In this document: positions 16,688 through 26,323 of the stretch, in pieces | Layout: each line of letters begins with the position of its first letter | How positions within the stretch are numbered: position 1 is the stretch's first letter | Virus record (IMG/VR): IMGVR_UViG_3300022695_000041 | Span: 1-35,444 of that record | Reading direction: 5' to 3' (one strand) | From: a virus | Taxonomy: Duplodnaviria; Caudoviricetes | Length of the DNA stretch: 35,444 nt | The notes under the pieces: generated by a model | What the model was told of the DNA's origin: nothing | The model's database searches: none | Seen by the model: the letters and a program-made list of their open reading frames with translations, nothing else | Program-made: the position numbers and the translations under genes

Positions 16688-16864
16688 GTGGATGATAAAC
16701 TGCACGCGCTAGGCATCACAGCATCAGCTCTAGCGCGCTATTACGGTGTGTCAGCCCGCACTGTTTACGACTGGCGGCATAGTGATTGCCCTGACTATGT
16801 TGCACGGCATATCGGCATACTGATGCAGTACAATCAAGCACTGGATGAGATCAGGAAGGCATGA
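16688..16864 (+). CDS. 58-aa HTH protein between terS and terL (not in track)
   Basis: GTG start; LGITASALARYYGVSARTVYDW; ATGA overlap with terL. Confidence 0.65.
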   Translation: MDDKLHALGITASALARYYGVSARTVYDWRHSDCPDYVARHIGILMQYNQALDEIRKA

Positions 16865-18201
16865 AGCTCACTGACAAGCAAAATGATGCCCGGCTGATGC
16901 TGTCAGGTGATGCTACAAACTATATGCTGTTCGGTGGCAGTCGATCAGGTAAAACATTTCTGCTCGTGCGTCAAATCGTCATTCGTGCATTGATGGCGTC
17001 AAGGTCAAGGCATGCGATATTTCGATTTAGATTCAATCACGTCAAAAATTCGATTGGCATGGATACGCTGCCCAAGGTTTTCGAGCTATGTTTCCCCGGT
17101 CTGACATACACGCTGGATAAGACAGACTGGTTTTTCCAACTGCCTAATGGTTCTCAGATATGGCTGGCCGGACTGGATGATAAAGATCGGACAGAGAAGG
17201 TACTTGGTCAGGAATATTCGACTATTTATTTTAATGAATGTTCACAGATCGGCAAAAGCGCGCGTGACACTGCAATGACTCGACTCGCTCAAACGTGTTC
17301 ACAAGATGCTGACGGCTCAGGCGACCCACTGGCATTGCGTGCGTATTACGATTGCAACCCGCCAAGCAAAGCGCATTGGACATTTCAGCTATTCGTGAAT
17401 CATATCGACCCGGACAGCAAAAAGCCTGTCGAGGAGGTAGACTATCAATGCATGCAGATGAACCCCGACGATAACCGGGCAAACCTGCCGAAAGGATACA
17501 TCGAGAAGACTCTGGCAGCGTTACCAGCACGCAAGCGCAAGCGTTATCTGGCAGGCGAGTTTGCAGACGCAACTCCTAATGCATTATGGACTGATGAAAT
17601 CATAGAGAGATTCAGACACATCGGAGGTGAATTACCGGACATGCAAAGACTCTTGGTTAGTGTCGATCCATCAGGTGCCAGCGATGCCGATGCAGCCGAA
17701 CATGATGCCATAGGTATCATTGTTGGTGGATTGGGTACGGATGGAAACTGTTATGTACTGGAAGACCTGACGGTTTCCGGAGGCCCATCAGTTTGGGGTC
17801 ATGTTGCGACGAGTGCGTTTGACCGGCATGGCGCTGATGCGATTGTAGGCGAGGGAAATTATGGTGGCGCTATGGTTGAGCATGTAATCCAGACAGCGCG
17901 GGCAAGGACTCCATACAAGTCAGTGACAGCGACGAGGGGCAAGGTAGTCAGGGCCGAGCCTATAAGCTCACTATATGAACAAGGAAAGGTTCGTCATGTT
18001 GGTGTATTCTCAGAACTGGAAGAGGAATTGTGTGCGTTTTCGACATTCGGATATACAGGAGAACGTAGTCCGAACCGGGCGGATGCGCTTGTTTGGTTGG
18101 TTACTGAGTTGTTCCCCGGATTAGTAAAACCTGAGAAAAAGAAGGCCAAGGTAAACAGGCCGGTCAGGTGTCAGGGCAGGGGTACCGGATGGATGGCATG
18201 A
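16861..18201 (+). CDS. terL: terminase large subunit
   Basis: Walker A GGSRSGKT, Walker B IYFNE, CNP; nuclease motifs VSVDP and SPNRADA. Confidence 0.95.
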   Translation: MKLTDKQNDARLMLSGDATNYMLFGGSRSGKTFLLVRQIVIRALMASRSRHAIFRFRFNHVKNSIGMDTLPKVFELCFPGLTYTLDKTDWFFQLPNGSQIWLAGLDDKDRTEKVLGQEYSTIYFNECSQIGKSARDTAMTRLAQTCSQDADGSGDPLALRAYYDCNPPSKAHWTFQLFVNHIDPDSKKPVEEVDYQCMQMNPDDNRANLPKGYIEKTLAALPARKRKRYLAGEFADATPNALWTDEIIERFRHIGGELPDMQRLLVSVDPSGASDADAAEHDAIGIIVGGLGTDGNCYVLEDLTVSGGPSVWGHVATSAFDRHGADAIVGEGNYGGAMVEHVIQTARARTPYKSVTATRGKVVRAEPISSLYEQGKVRHVGVFSELEEELCAFSTFGYTGERSPNRADALVWLVTELFPGLVKPEKKKAKVNRPVRCQGRGTGWMA

Positions 18202-18356
18202 TCAAGAGGTCAGCAAGTGACTTCAATGACATATTTGATTTCACTGAATACGCAGTACAGCATATGCACACAAAGCGGTTAATGGTAAAAAGGGTATACG
18301 ACATTTACGAAGACAAGCACTATTACATAGCAATCGAGGTACACCATGAACGATAA
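18198..18356 (+). CDS. hypothetical protein
   Basis: ATGA overlap with the terL stop; fills the gap to portal. Confidence 0.5.
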   Translation: MIKRSASDFNDIFDFTEYAVQHMHTKRLMVKRVYDIYEDKHYYIAIEVHHER

Positions 18357-20295
18357 TCAATTACTTGAAAAGGCTCGTAAGCGATTCCGTCAAGGCCGTG
18401 AATACTGGCAGGACATATTCGACGAGTACGAATCGTGTATGAGGTTCAAGCATGGTAAACAATGGGAAGAAGAGGAAAGGAAGGCGAGGGATGAAGACCA
18501 GCGCCCGTCATTGGTGTTCAACCGGATAGCAGGGCATATATCCCATTTAGTCGGTGAGCAGAGACAAAATAGACCCGCAATAAAGATTTTACCTGTTGAA
18601 ACATCAGATGATGAAATTTCAGAAACCATGTCAGGATTGATCCGGTCTATCGAGTCAGCCAGTGATGCAGAGGAAGCATACGATAATGCATATGAAAGTT
18701 CATTATCAGGAGGTGTTGGTGCATTCAGAATAAACATTGACTATTCAGACGATGACACATTCAAGCAAGATATTATTGTTGATTCGGTTCCTAATCCAAC
18801 CACTGTTATCATAGACCCGGCAAGTCGTAAAGCCGCAGGTCAGGACGCAGAATGGGCGTTTGTGTCTGAGAAAATGTCAAAGGAGACATTCAAGAAGCGG
18901 TGGCCAAAGGCCAAGGTTCCAAGCACAGGACTTGGTGATAAATGGAAAGACTGGATAGAGAAGGACGAAGTAAGGATTGCAGAATATTGGTACAAGATGC
19001 CGAGGAAAAAGACGCTTATTCTCATGTCAGACGGTTCGACTTTAGACACTGATGAACTTGAAAGAGACTCTGAGTTAGCCCAAGCCGTGAGTGGCTTACA
19101 GGTAGTCCATGAAAGGGTTGTGGAAGGCCATTGTGTCTGTAAAGCCTTGATTGCCGGTGATACCGTTCTGGAAAAGGTTGAATGGATTGGCAAGGACATA
19201 CCGATCATCATGGTATTTGGCCGGATGGAATGGATTGATGGCAAAAGAGTAATATCGTCAATTATCAAAAATGCGAAAGACCCGCAGAGGATGCTAAATT
19301 ATCTCAGGAGTCAGGAAGCCGAGACACTAGCCCTTGCCCCCAAGTCGCCATGGGTGGTCACCGCTGAAATGGTAGAAGGTTTTGAAAACGAATGGACAGA
19401 TTCATCAGTTAAGAATAACGCCGTTCTTACCGTTAATGAGACAGACGCAGGCATGCCGCAAAGACAGGCTCCCGTCCCTATTCAGTCTGGATATGAAGCC
19501 GCCGCATTACAGATGATTGACGAAATCAAGGCCGCAACGGGTCAGTATGATGCCAGTTTAGGAAACCAGAGCAATGAAACATCAGGAAGGGCAATTATAG
19601 CCAGACAGAGACAGGGCGAGACTTCCACGTTTGAGTTCATTGATAACCTTACCAGGTCAATTACTCAGGCTGGCAGGATTATGGTCGATCTGATTCCAAA
19701 AGTGTACTCGTATGAAAGGATGGTCAGGGTACTTGGCGAAGATGGAGACACAAAAGAGGTAAGGCTTAACCAACAAAAGCAGGACGATGAAACTGGTGAA
19801 ATCGTAAAGGTAAATGACGTTACAGTCGGCAAGTTTGACGTACAGGTCACTACAGGGCCGTCATACGCCACCCAGCGGGCAGAGGCAGCAGATTCAATGA
19901 TGCAGTTCATGCAAGCCGTTCCTGGCTCTGCACAGGTGATTGGTGACCTTATCGCAAGGAACATGGCTTGGCCCGGCTCAGATCAAATTGCTGACAGATT
20001 AAAGGCTATGCTACCAGCCGGTGTAGATGATGAAGAACAAAGCCCGAAAATGATGCAGGCGCAACAGCAGATTCAGCAGTTACAACAAGTCATCCAGCAG
20101 TTACAACAGCAATTACAGGACACGGAACACTCACAGGCAACCGAAATTGCAGACTTGGCTATCAAAGAATATGATGCCGAGACAAAACGACTTGCCCAAT
20201 TCAAGGATTCGCCGGAAATGCAGCAGTATATCCAGCAAATTGTCATGCATACATTGCGTGATATAAACACCCAAGGAGCGTATAACAATGGATGA
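18346..20295 (+). CDS. portal protein, P22-like
   Basis: 649 aa; GKQW, RPSLVFN, IAEYW, AKDPQR..N, ETSGRAI.ARQ, GPSY.TQR; Q-rich C-terminal coil. Confidence 0.92.
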   Translation: MNDNQLLEKARKRFRQGREYWQDIFDEYESCMRFKHGKQWEEEERKARDEDQRPSLVFNRIAGHISHLVGEQRQNRPAIKILPVETSDDEISETMSGLIRSIESASDAEEAYDNAYESSLSGGVGAFRINIDYSDDDTFKQDIIVDSVPNPTTVIIDPASRKAAGQDAEWAFVSEKMSKETFKKRWPKAKVPSTGLGDKWKDWIEKDEVRIAEYWYKMPRKKTLILMSDGSTLDTDELERDSELAQAVSGLQVVHERVVEGHCVCKALIAGDTVLEKVEWIGKDIPIIMVFGRMEWIDGKRVISSIIKNAKDPQRMLNYLRSQEAETLALAPKSPWVVTAEMVEGFENEWTDSSVKNNAVLTVNETDAGMPQRQAPVPIQSGYEAAALQMIDEIKAATGQYDASLGNQSNETSGRAIIARQRQGETSTFEFIDNLTRSITQAGRIMVDLIPKVYSYERMVRVLGEDGDTKEVRLNQQKQDDETGEIVKVNDVTVGKFDVQVTTGPSYATQRAEAADSMMQFMQAVPGSAQVIGDLIARNMAWPGSDQIADRLKAMLPAGVDDEEQSPKMMQAQQQIQQLQQVIQQLQQQLQDTEHSQATEIADLAIKEYDAETKRLAQFKDSPEMQQYIQQIVMHTLRDINTQGAYNNG

Positions 20296-21040
20296 ACAAC
20301 CAATCGAAGTCACAGAAGAAGTACCAACAGAACCGACGCCGGATGAAACGACGGAGAATGCTGAACAAACAACGGAACAAACAGCGGAACAGACACCGGA
20401 GACTACTGAACAGGAGCCGAACAGGACACAACAGCGAATAAGTGAACTTGTAGCCCAGAGAGAAGAGGCCCGTAGAAAGGCTGCTGATCTGGAGGCAAGG
20501 CTTGCAAAGACCGAAGACGCCGATGCACCTAAAGAGGATGCATTCGAGTCATATGAAGATTATACAAGGGCCTTAATCAAACATGAAGCTCAGGCTGTAC
20601 TCAAGACCGAAAGGCAGGCTGACATTGAAGCGCAAAGGGAGGCGGAGGCAGAACTTTCAGTACAGCAGTTCAATGTAAGGGCTGAACAGGGCCGTCAAAA
20701 GCATGAGGACTTCGACTCAGTAGTAGGTAATCCAGACCTTGCTATTAACGTGGATATGTTGGCATTGATGGCCGAATCAGATGTTGGTGCAGATGTTGCA
20801 TATCATCTTGGCAAGAATCCGGCAGAGGCTCGTCGCCTTTCAATGATGCCACCGGCCATGATGGGCAGAGAAATGGCGCGAATTGAGGCTAAATTATCAC
20901 AGGTGTATGCGCCTTCAATTCCACAACCTGTTGAAACTGGTACAAACTTATCCGGTGCGGGTGAATCAAGCGTGCCTGATTTGTCAAAAATGTCCACGGA
21001 AGAATATATCGCCGCACGAAGGGCAAGAGCGAACGCTTGA
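20288..21040 (+). CDS. scaffolding protein
   Basis: Acidic coiled coil between portal and coat; VAYHLGKNP; C-terminal MSTEEYIAARR. Confidence 0.85.
   Translation: MDEQPIEVTEEVPTEPTPDETTENAEQTTEQTAEQTPETTEQEPNRTQQRISELVAQREEARRKAADLEARLAKTEDADAPKEDAFESYEDYTRALIKHEAQAVLKTERQADIEAQREAEAELSVQQFNVRAEQGRQKHEDFDSVVGNPDLAINVDMLALMAESDVGADVAYHLGKNPAEARRLSMMPPAMMGREMARIEAKLSQVYAPSIPQPVETGTNLSGAGESSVPDLSKMSTEEYIAARRARANA
20360..20401 (+). repeat. degenerate 12-nt tandem repeat encoding (A/T)EQT
   Basis: GCTGAACAAACA ACGGAACAAACA GCGGAACAGACA CCGGAG. Confidence 0.6.
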
Positions 21041-21126
21041 CATGCAGTAAGAATTATGCATGAATTATGCACTATGGCCTCAGCACGTCTTTGAAACTGC
21101 TGCTTTAGCGTAACCTTGGGATCGCG

Positions 21127-21212
21127 TCCTTGGATTGAAGTTGTCGCACGGACTTATCAGTGCGTTTTGCGTAAAACGGTGTCGCAGGCCGAAACAACAA
21201 CAATCCAAGGAG
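21127..21212 (+). promoter_or_regulatory. multi-branch RNA structure occluding the coat-gene RBS
   Basis: TCCTTGGATTG(21127-37) pairs with CAATCCAAGGA(21201-11); extended by GTTGT/ACAAC; inner hairpins. Confidence 0.65.
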
Positions 21213-21219
21213 AATAATA

Positions 21220-22422
21220 ATGGCTACGAATACCCTATTGACCAGTGACATTATCACTAATGAAGCACTGGCAATTCTGCATAATAAACTGTCATTTATC
21301 GGTAAGGTAAACCGCCAATACGATGACAGTTACGCAAAGACAGGCGCAAAGATCGGCGATACGCTGCGAATCCGCTTGCCTAACCAATACACCGTTCGCA
21401 CGGGTACTGCGTTATCCACGAACAACACTGTGGAAAATAACACCACATTGACAGTCGGCACCCAGAAGGGTGTGGATATGTCATTCACCACGGCTGAACT
21501 TACCATGGACATTCAGGACTTCTCAGAGCGAATCATTGACCCTGCCATGTCTGTTCTGGCTGCCAACATTGAAGCTGATGCGTTTAACATGTATCAGGAC
21601 GTTTATAATCAGGTTGGTACACCGGGAACTACTCCGGCCACACTGAAAACGTATCTGGACGCCAAGACAAAGCTGAATCAGGGGCTTGCTCCGAAGGATA
21701 CAAAACGCTGTATTCAGTTGAACTCTGACGCATCTGCTACGCTGGTTGACGCATTGAAAGGTCTGTTCCAGTCATCTGGTCAGATTTCCAAGCAGTATAT
21801 TGAAGGCGTTATGGGTCGCGGTGCTGGCTTTGACTGGTTTGAAAATGAGCTTGTCCCCGTTCATACCAACGGCACGAACGTCGCTGCCGGTACTGTAAAC
21901 GGTGCAGCTCAGACTGGTGCAAGTCTTATTGTTGCAGGCCTCACCGCAACGAGTACGATTACCAAAGGCACTGTATTCACGGTTGCCGGTGTGAATCGGG
22001 TACATTCTGAAACCAAGGCAGACTTCGGTGTGTTACAGCAGTTTGTTGTCACCGCTAACGCAACGTCTGACGGTGCTGGTGCTGCTACACTTAGTATTTC
22101 GCCTTCACTTGTGGCTACTGGTGCCTACCAGAACGTAACAGGCTCTCCTGCAAACGGGGCTGCCCTTGTATGGGGTGACGGTGCCGCTTCCGCTGCGAAT
22201 CCGAAACACCTTGCCTTCCATAAGGATGCATTCGCGTTTGCTTCTGCCGATCTGGAAATGCCGGATGGTGTAGACTTCAAGGCACGCAAGCAGTTTGAAG
22301 GCTTGTCAATCAGGTGCATCCGTCAGTATGATATTAACACTGACACGATCCCCTGCCGTCTTGATGTACTGTACGGCTACAAAACGATACGGGCTGAACT
22401 TGCATCTCGTGTTACCGGGTAA
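21220..22422 (+). CDS. major capsid protein, P22 gp5-like
   Basis: VNRQYD...AKIGDTLRIRLP, FHKDAF, CRLDVLYG. Confidence 0.93.
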   Translation: MATNTLLTSDIITNEALAILHNKLSFIGKVNRQYDDSYAKTGAKIGDTLRIRLPNQYTVRTGTALSTNNTVENNTTLTVGTQKGVDMSFTTAELTMDIQDFSERIIDPAMSVLAANIEADAFNMYQDVYNQVGTPGTTPATLKTYLDAKTKLNQGLAPKDTKRCIQLNSDASATLVDALKGLFQSSGQISKQYIEGVMGRGAGFDWFENELVPVHTNGTNVAAGTVNGAAQTGASLIVAGLTATSTITKGTVFTVAGVNRVHSETKADFGVLQQFVVTANATSDGAGAATLSISPSLVATGAYQNVTGSPANGAALVWGDGAASAANPKHLAFHKDAFAFASADLEMPDGVDFKARKQFEGLSIRCIRQYDINTDTIPCRLDVLYGYKTIRAELASRVTG

Positions 22423-22429
22423 ACAGATT

Positions 22430-22456
22430 GGAGGGCTTCGGCCCTCCTTTCTATTT
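22430..22456 (+). terminator. intrinsic terminator after the coat gene
   Basis: GGAGGGC-TTCG-GCCCTCC-TTTCTATTT. Confidence 0.85.
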
Positions 22457-22467
22457 AAGGAGCAGAT

Positions 22468-22674
22468 ATGGCGTTTCAAGAATATCCAAAAATGATTAAC
22501 GGAACCATTGTAAACAGTGTTGCCGAGGAAAAGGCATTGACAGGAACATCAAAGAAAACCCGACCCGCAAAGTTTCACAGGCACCCAAAGCCTGAGTATG
22601 TGCCTATTGAATATCCCAAGATTGTGGATGGTGTCACTGTGAATAATGCGGAAGAGGAAAAGGCTCTTGGCTGA
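22468..22674 (+). CDS. small virion-region protein with internal duplication
   Basis: EYPK-x-I/V-x-G...VN..EEKAL occurs twice; SD AAGGAG. Confidence 0.8.
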   Translation: MAFQEYPKMINGTIVNSVAEEKALTGTSKKTRPAKFHRHPKPEYVPIEYPKIVDGVTVNNAEEEKALG

Positions 22675-23362
22675 TACTGCGAAGAAGATTATCAAGTCAG
22701 CGTTACGCAGGATAAAGGTAATACAGGCAGGTGAAGAACCGACAGCCTCAGAATTTACCGACGCACTTGAATATCTCAACGACTTACTTGCGGACTTGTC
22801 TATTGAAACTCTGTTTGTTCCTTATGTTACTAACGAAACTTTTAACCTCACACAAGGGAAGCAGTCATACACGATAGGATCAGGCGGCGACTTCAATACA
22901 GGACGCCCAACGTCGATTGTGCGGGCTTATACAACCATTTTGGACGTAGACTATCCGTGTGAAGTTATACCACGAAACAAATGGATGGGTATTGTCTACA
23001 AAATTACGACAGCATCATATCCGTATTGGCTGAATTACAGGGACGTATCACCTTTGGGCGAGATAAACTTTTATCCGATACCCGATACGGCAACGACAGT
23101 TACGTTCGACTCAATCAAACAATTAACCGAGTTTACAGATATAAACGCAACAACAGATTTACCAAGGGAATATAGCCGGTTTCTCAAAATTACACTCGCC
23201 AATGAACTCGCATCAGAATACGGCAAGTCTCTGAGTCAGGCTGATTACATTGCAATGACCCGGATAAAGAAGAATATCAAGAACAACAATCACGAACCCC
23301 TTGAAGTCAGAGTATTCGGCCCAAGGCGTAGATATGACATCTTCTCCGATGTTGGTTCGTAA
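22667..23362 (+). CDS. head-tail adaptor, P22 gp4-like
   Basis: TTG start; TAKKIIKSALRRI...GEEPT...LNDLL...LANELASEYG. Confidence 0.8.
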   Translation: MADTAKKIIKSALRRIKVIQAGEEPTASEFTDALEYLNDLLADLSIETLFVPYVTNETFNLTQGKQSYTIGSGGDFNTGRPTSIVRAYTTILDVDYPCEVIPRNKWMGIVYKITTASYPYWLNYRDVSPLGEINFYPIPDTATTVTFDSIKQLTEFTDINATTDLPREYSRFLKITLANELASEYGKSLSQADYIAMTRIKKNIKNNNHEPLEVRVFGPRRRYDIFSDVGS

Positions 23363-24777
23363 TGAGAATCCCTGTCAATCTTGTCGGCCAGACATACGAG
23401 GGGCGCAGCAGGGCGATTGATTCAGAACGCTCTATAAACTGGTATCCTGAGAAGAACACGCCGAACTCAAAGAATATCGTGTCTATGGTTCCATCTCCAG
23501 GCTCAAGTGTTATTGGAACCACAACGACCGGAACAGAATCTTTGGCAAGCCGTGGTGTCTATAGTTACAATAATTTACTCTGGACTGCTGCTACAAATGG
23601 TCATTTATATTCAAGTACCATAGCAGGCACAGTAACCGATGTTGGAACATTAACTGAAAAACTCAGTGACGTTGATTTTGCAGATAACGGATTAACCATG
23701 CTCGTCGTTGATGGTACGAATGGGTACTTATACACCAAGTCTACTAATACATTTGCACAGATTACCGACCCTGACTTCCCGCAAAATCCTGTTCATGTTG
23801 AATTTATGGATGGGTATTTCATCGTATTGGAAGGTGGTAGCGGTAGATTCTGGTTATCAGCGTTGGATGATGGCAGTTCATGGAATGCACTCGACTTTGC
23901 AACTGCCGAGGGTTCTCCAGATAACCTTGTAGGAATAAAAGTAAATCATAGACAATTATGGCTATTCGGCGATAAGACAACTGAAATATGGTATAACTCC
24001 GGAGACAAGGACTTCCCATTCCGAAGGATTCAAGGCTCATTTTTCGAGGAAGGTACTTTATCAGGCAGATCAATAGCCAAGTCAAACACATCAGTAGTCT
24101 GGCTATCAAATTCTGAAAGGGGAGAGGCTGCAATTTACATAGCCTCAACAACCAGACCAGAGAGAATTAGCACACTTGGCATGGAACTGGAGTTCGATAC
24201 ATACCAAAAACTGTCAAATGCAAATGGATATATGTTCTACGAGGACACGCACCTTTTCTATGTGCTTACTTTTCCTACCGATGAAAAGACATGGGTGTAT
24301 GACTTGACTACAGGCATGTGGCATGAAAGATCGACAAACAACAGACGTTGGATAGGCCAATATGGTGCAGTTATATCTGGTGGTTTATACGCAGCCGACG
24401 CTCTGTCCGGTAGAATATTGAAAATTGATAGTGCCTATAATGATGATTATGGGGTGGATATTCGCAGAGTGAGGGCCGGGAGACATATCCACAAGAACAG
24501 GGACAGGCTTGAATGTGATTCGCTTGAAATTGAGTTTGAACATGGATTAGGAACTGTTGATATAACCAACCCGCAAGTAATGCTAAGAGTATCCCATGAT
24601 GGTGGTTATACATGGAGCAATGAAAATACAAAGGGTGCAGGCGTTATGGGTGATTACAGGTCAAGGGCGAAGTTTAACAGGCTTGGAACGGCAAGGGACT
24701 TTGTGTTTGAGGTTTCGGTATCAGATCATGTTCCGTGGGTTATGGTTGGAGCATATGCCGAGATGGTGGCAACATGA
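23362..24777 (+). CDS. packaged DNA stabilization protein, P22 gp10-like
   Basis: 471 aa; INWYPE, DGYF, ATAEGSPD, TWVYD...WHER, SHDGGYTW. Confidence 0.88.
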   Translation: MRIPVNLVGQTYEGRSRAIDSERSINWYPEKNTPNSKNIVSMVPSPGSSVIGTTTTGTESLASRGVYSYNNLLWTAATNGHLYSSTIAGTVTDVGTLTEKLSDVDFADNGLTMLVVDGTNGYLYTKSTNTFAQITDPDFPQNPVHVEFMDGYFIVLEGGSGRFWLSALDDGSSWNALDFATAEGSPDNLVGIKVNHRQLWLFGDKTTEIWYNSGDKDFPFRRIQGSFFEEGTLSGRSIAKSNTSVVWLSNSERGEAAIYIASTTRPERISTLGMELEFDTYQKLSNANGYMFYEDTHLFYVLTFPTDEKTWVYDLTTGMWHERSTNNRRWIGQYGAVISGGLYAADALSGRILKIDSAYNDDYGVDIRRVRAGRHIHKNRDRLECDSLEIEFEHGLGTVDITNPQVMLRVSHDGGYTWSNENTKGAGVMGDYRSRAKFNRLGTARDFVFEVSVSDHVPWVMVGAYAEMVAT

Positions 24778-25139
24778 GTGTCCCGCATCCTTTATTCCAT
24801 AACGAACCGATTGAAGGCGGCTTTTTCACTATGTTCTGGTCTGATTGGCTCCAGAGGGTATATCAGGCACTTGGTCTGATTACTTCCACACTAACATCGA
24901 ATCAGGTGCATACATTCACTTCAATAGCCTCTGGATCAACACAGACCATGACTGTGGCAGTGTCCGGGGCAGGCGTAGAGGATGACGTGACACTTGGGCT
25001 ATCAAGCCTACAATCCGGGCTTATATATCAGGCATATGTAAGCGCAGCAAACACGGTTACGATTGCATGCACAAACACGACAACAGGGGCTATTACCCCG
25101 ACCGCCGGTAATATCAGAGTTACAGTGAGGACTTTCTAA
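24774..25139 (+). CDS. putative tail needle/accessory protein (gp26 position)
   Basis: Lies after gp10; N-terminal FW..W helix; small beta-rich C-domain. Confidence 0.55.
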   Translation: MSVPHPLFHNEPIEGGFFTMFWSDWLQRVYQALGLITSTLTSNQVHTFTSIASGSTQTMTVAVSGAGVEDDVTLGLSSLQSGLIYQAYVSAANTVTIACTNTTTGAITPTAGNIRVTVRTF

Positions 25140-26323
25140 TGGAAATCTTACAATTCGACATATCACACATGATGATGATAGGCGGTTTTTTATCGGGCCT
25201 TTTCCATGCTATTTCTCACCCGGCACAGGCTGTAAGTCATCTTATCCATAACCCTGCAAGCTCTGTTGTCCCGGTAGGTGTAAGAAACTCCAGTGCATAC
25301 AGAAACATCGTCCGGCCTATTGTGAAGGTAGGAACAGGTGCAGCAACCGGGTTCGTAACGAGTGGGTTCAATCCGCTTGGCGCGCTGGCCGGCGGTGTAA
25401 CGTCAGCTATCGGCGGAGGATTAACAAATAATGCATTCAGACCCCTACCGAATCTTGTTGGGCCGGGTGTCGCTGGTTTTGGTGTTGGCGCAGCCACAGG
25501 GAAAGGGCTAGGCGGTAGCGCAAGAAATGCTATTCAACAAATGGTGGGGAACGGCGGTGTTAATCCCAACGGTGCTATTACGCATGGCGGCGTAACGAAG
25601 ACAAGCGGCGGCTTCCTCAGTAAACTTGGTGGTGCCGCAAACAGTTTGGTTGGTGGCTCTGGTTCAAATCTTGCCAACCTTGCCCAGCAGGGCATAGGCG
25701 CTTACCTTAGTAATCAGTCTGCCAGACGTGCCGCCGCAATACAGGCTCAAGCCGGGCAGAATGCTAATAACACGACTTGGAATATGTTTAACCAGAACAG
25801 GGCCGACCTTTCGCCGTGGGCAACAACCGGCGGGGCCGCACTGAACCAGTTAGGCGGCGAGTCATTAGGCCCGAACGCACCATTAACAAGGGGATTTACG
25901 GCTGCTGATTTCCAGTCTGACCCCGGATACCAATTCAGAAAGAGCGAAGGACAAAAAGCTATTGACCACAGACTAGCATCTATGGGGATGGATCAGTCAG
26001 GGCAGTCAGTGAAAGAGGCGTCCAGATTCAATCAGGACGTAGCATCTCAAGATTACCAGAATGCATACGGAAGGTGGAACGCCGATCAGGCCAACAAGTT
26101 TAACAGACTTATGGCATTATCAAATGTCGGTGTAAATGCAGCCGGTAGAACTGCCGGACTTGGTGCAAATGCTGCTAACAACGTAGCGAATAATCAGATT
26201 GGTATTGGCAATGCTCAGGCTGCCGGTAAGATTGGCTCAAGCAATGCCTATATAAACGCACTGAATAATATGCAGCAGATAAATTCCAATAACAGATTCT
26301 TACAAATGCTTGGGGGTGGGTAA
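25139..26323 (+). CDS. DNA ejection protein, gp7-like
   Basis: G/A/N-rich; FQSDPGYQFR..EG motif; synteny. Confidence 0.75.
   Translation: MEILQFDISHMMMIGGFLSGLFHAISHPAQAVSHLIHNPASSVVPVGVRNSSAYRNIVRPIVKVGTGAATGFVTSGFNPLGALAGGVTSAIGGGLTNNAFRPLPNLVGPGVAGFGVGAATGKGLGGSARNAIQQMVGNGGVNPNGAITHGGVTKTSGGFLSKLGGAANSLVGGSGSNLANLAQQGIGAYLSNQSARRAAAIQAQAGQNANNTTWNMFNQNRADLSPWATTGGAALNQLGGESLGPNAPLTRGFTAADFQSDPGYQFRKSEGQKAIDHRLASMGMDQSGQSVKEASRFNQDVASQDYQNAYGRWNADQANKFNRLMALSNVGVNAAGRTAGLGANAANNVANNQIGIGNAQAAGKIGSSNAYINALNNMQQINSNNRFLQMLGGG

Noticed and set aside
20050-20120. CAG/CAA-rich tract as a mobile or regulatory repeat
   Set aside because: It encodes the Gln-rich coiled-coil barrel typical of P22-like portals.
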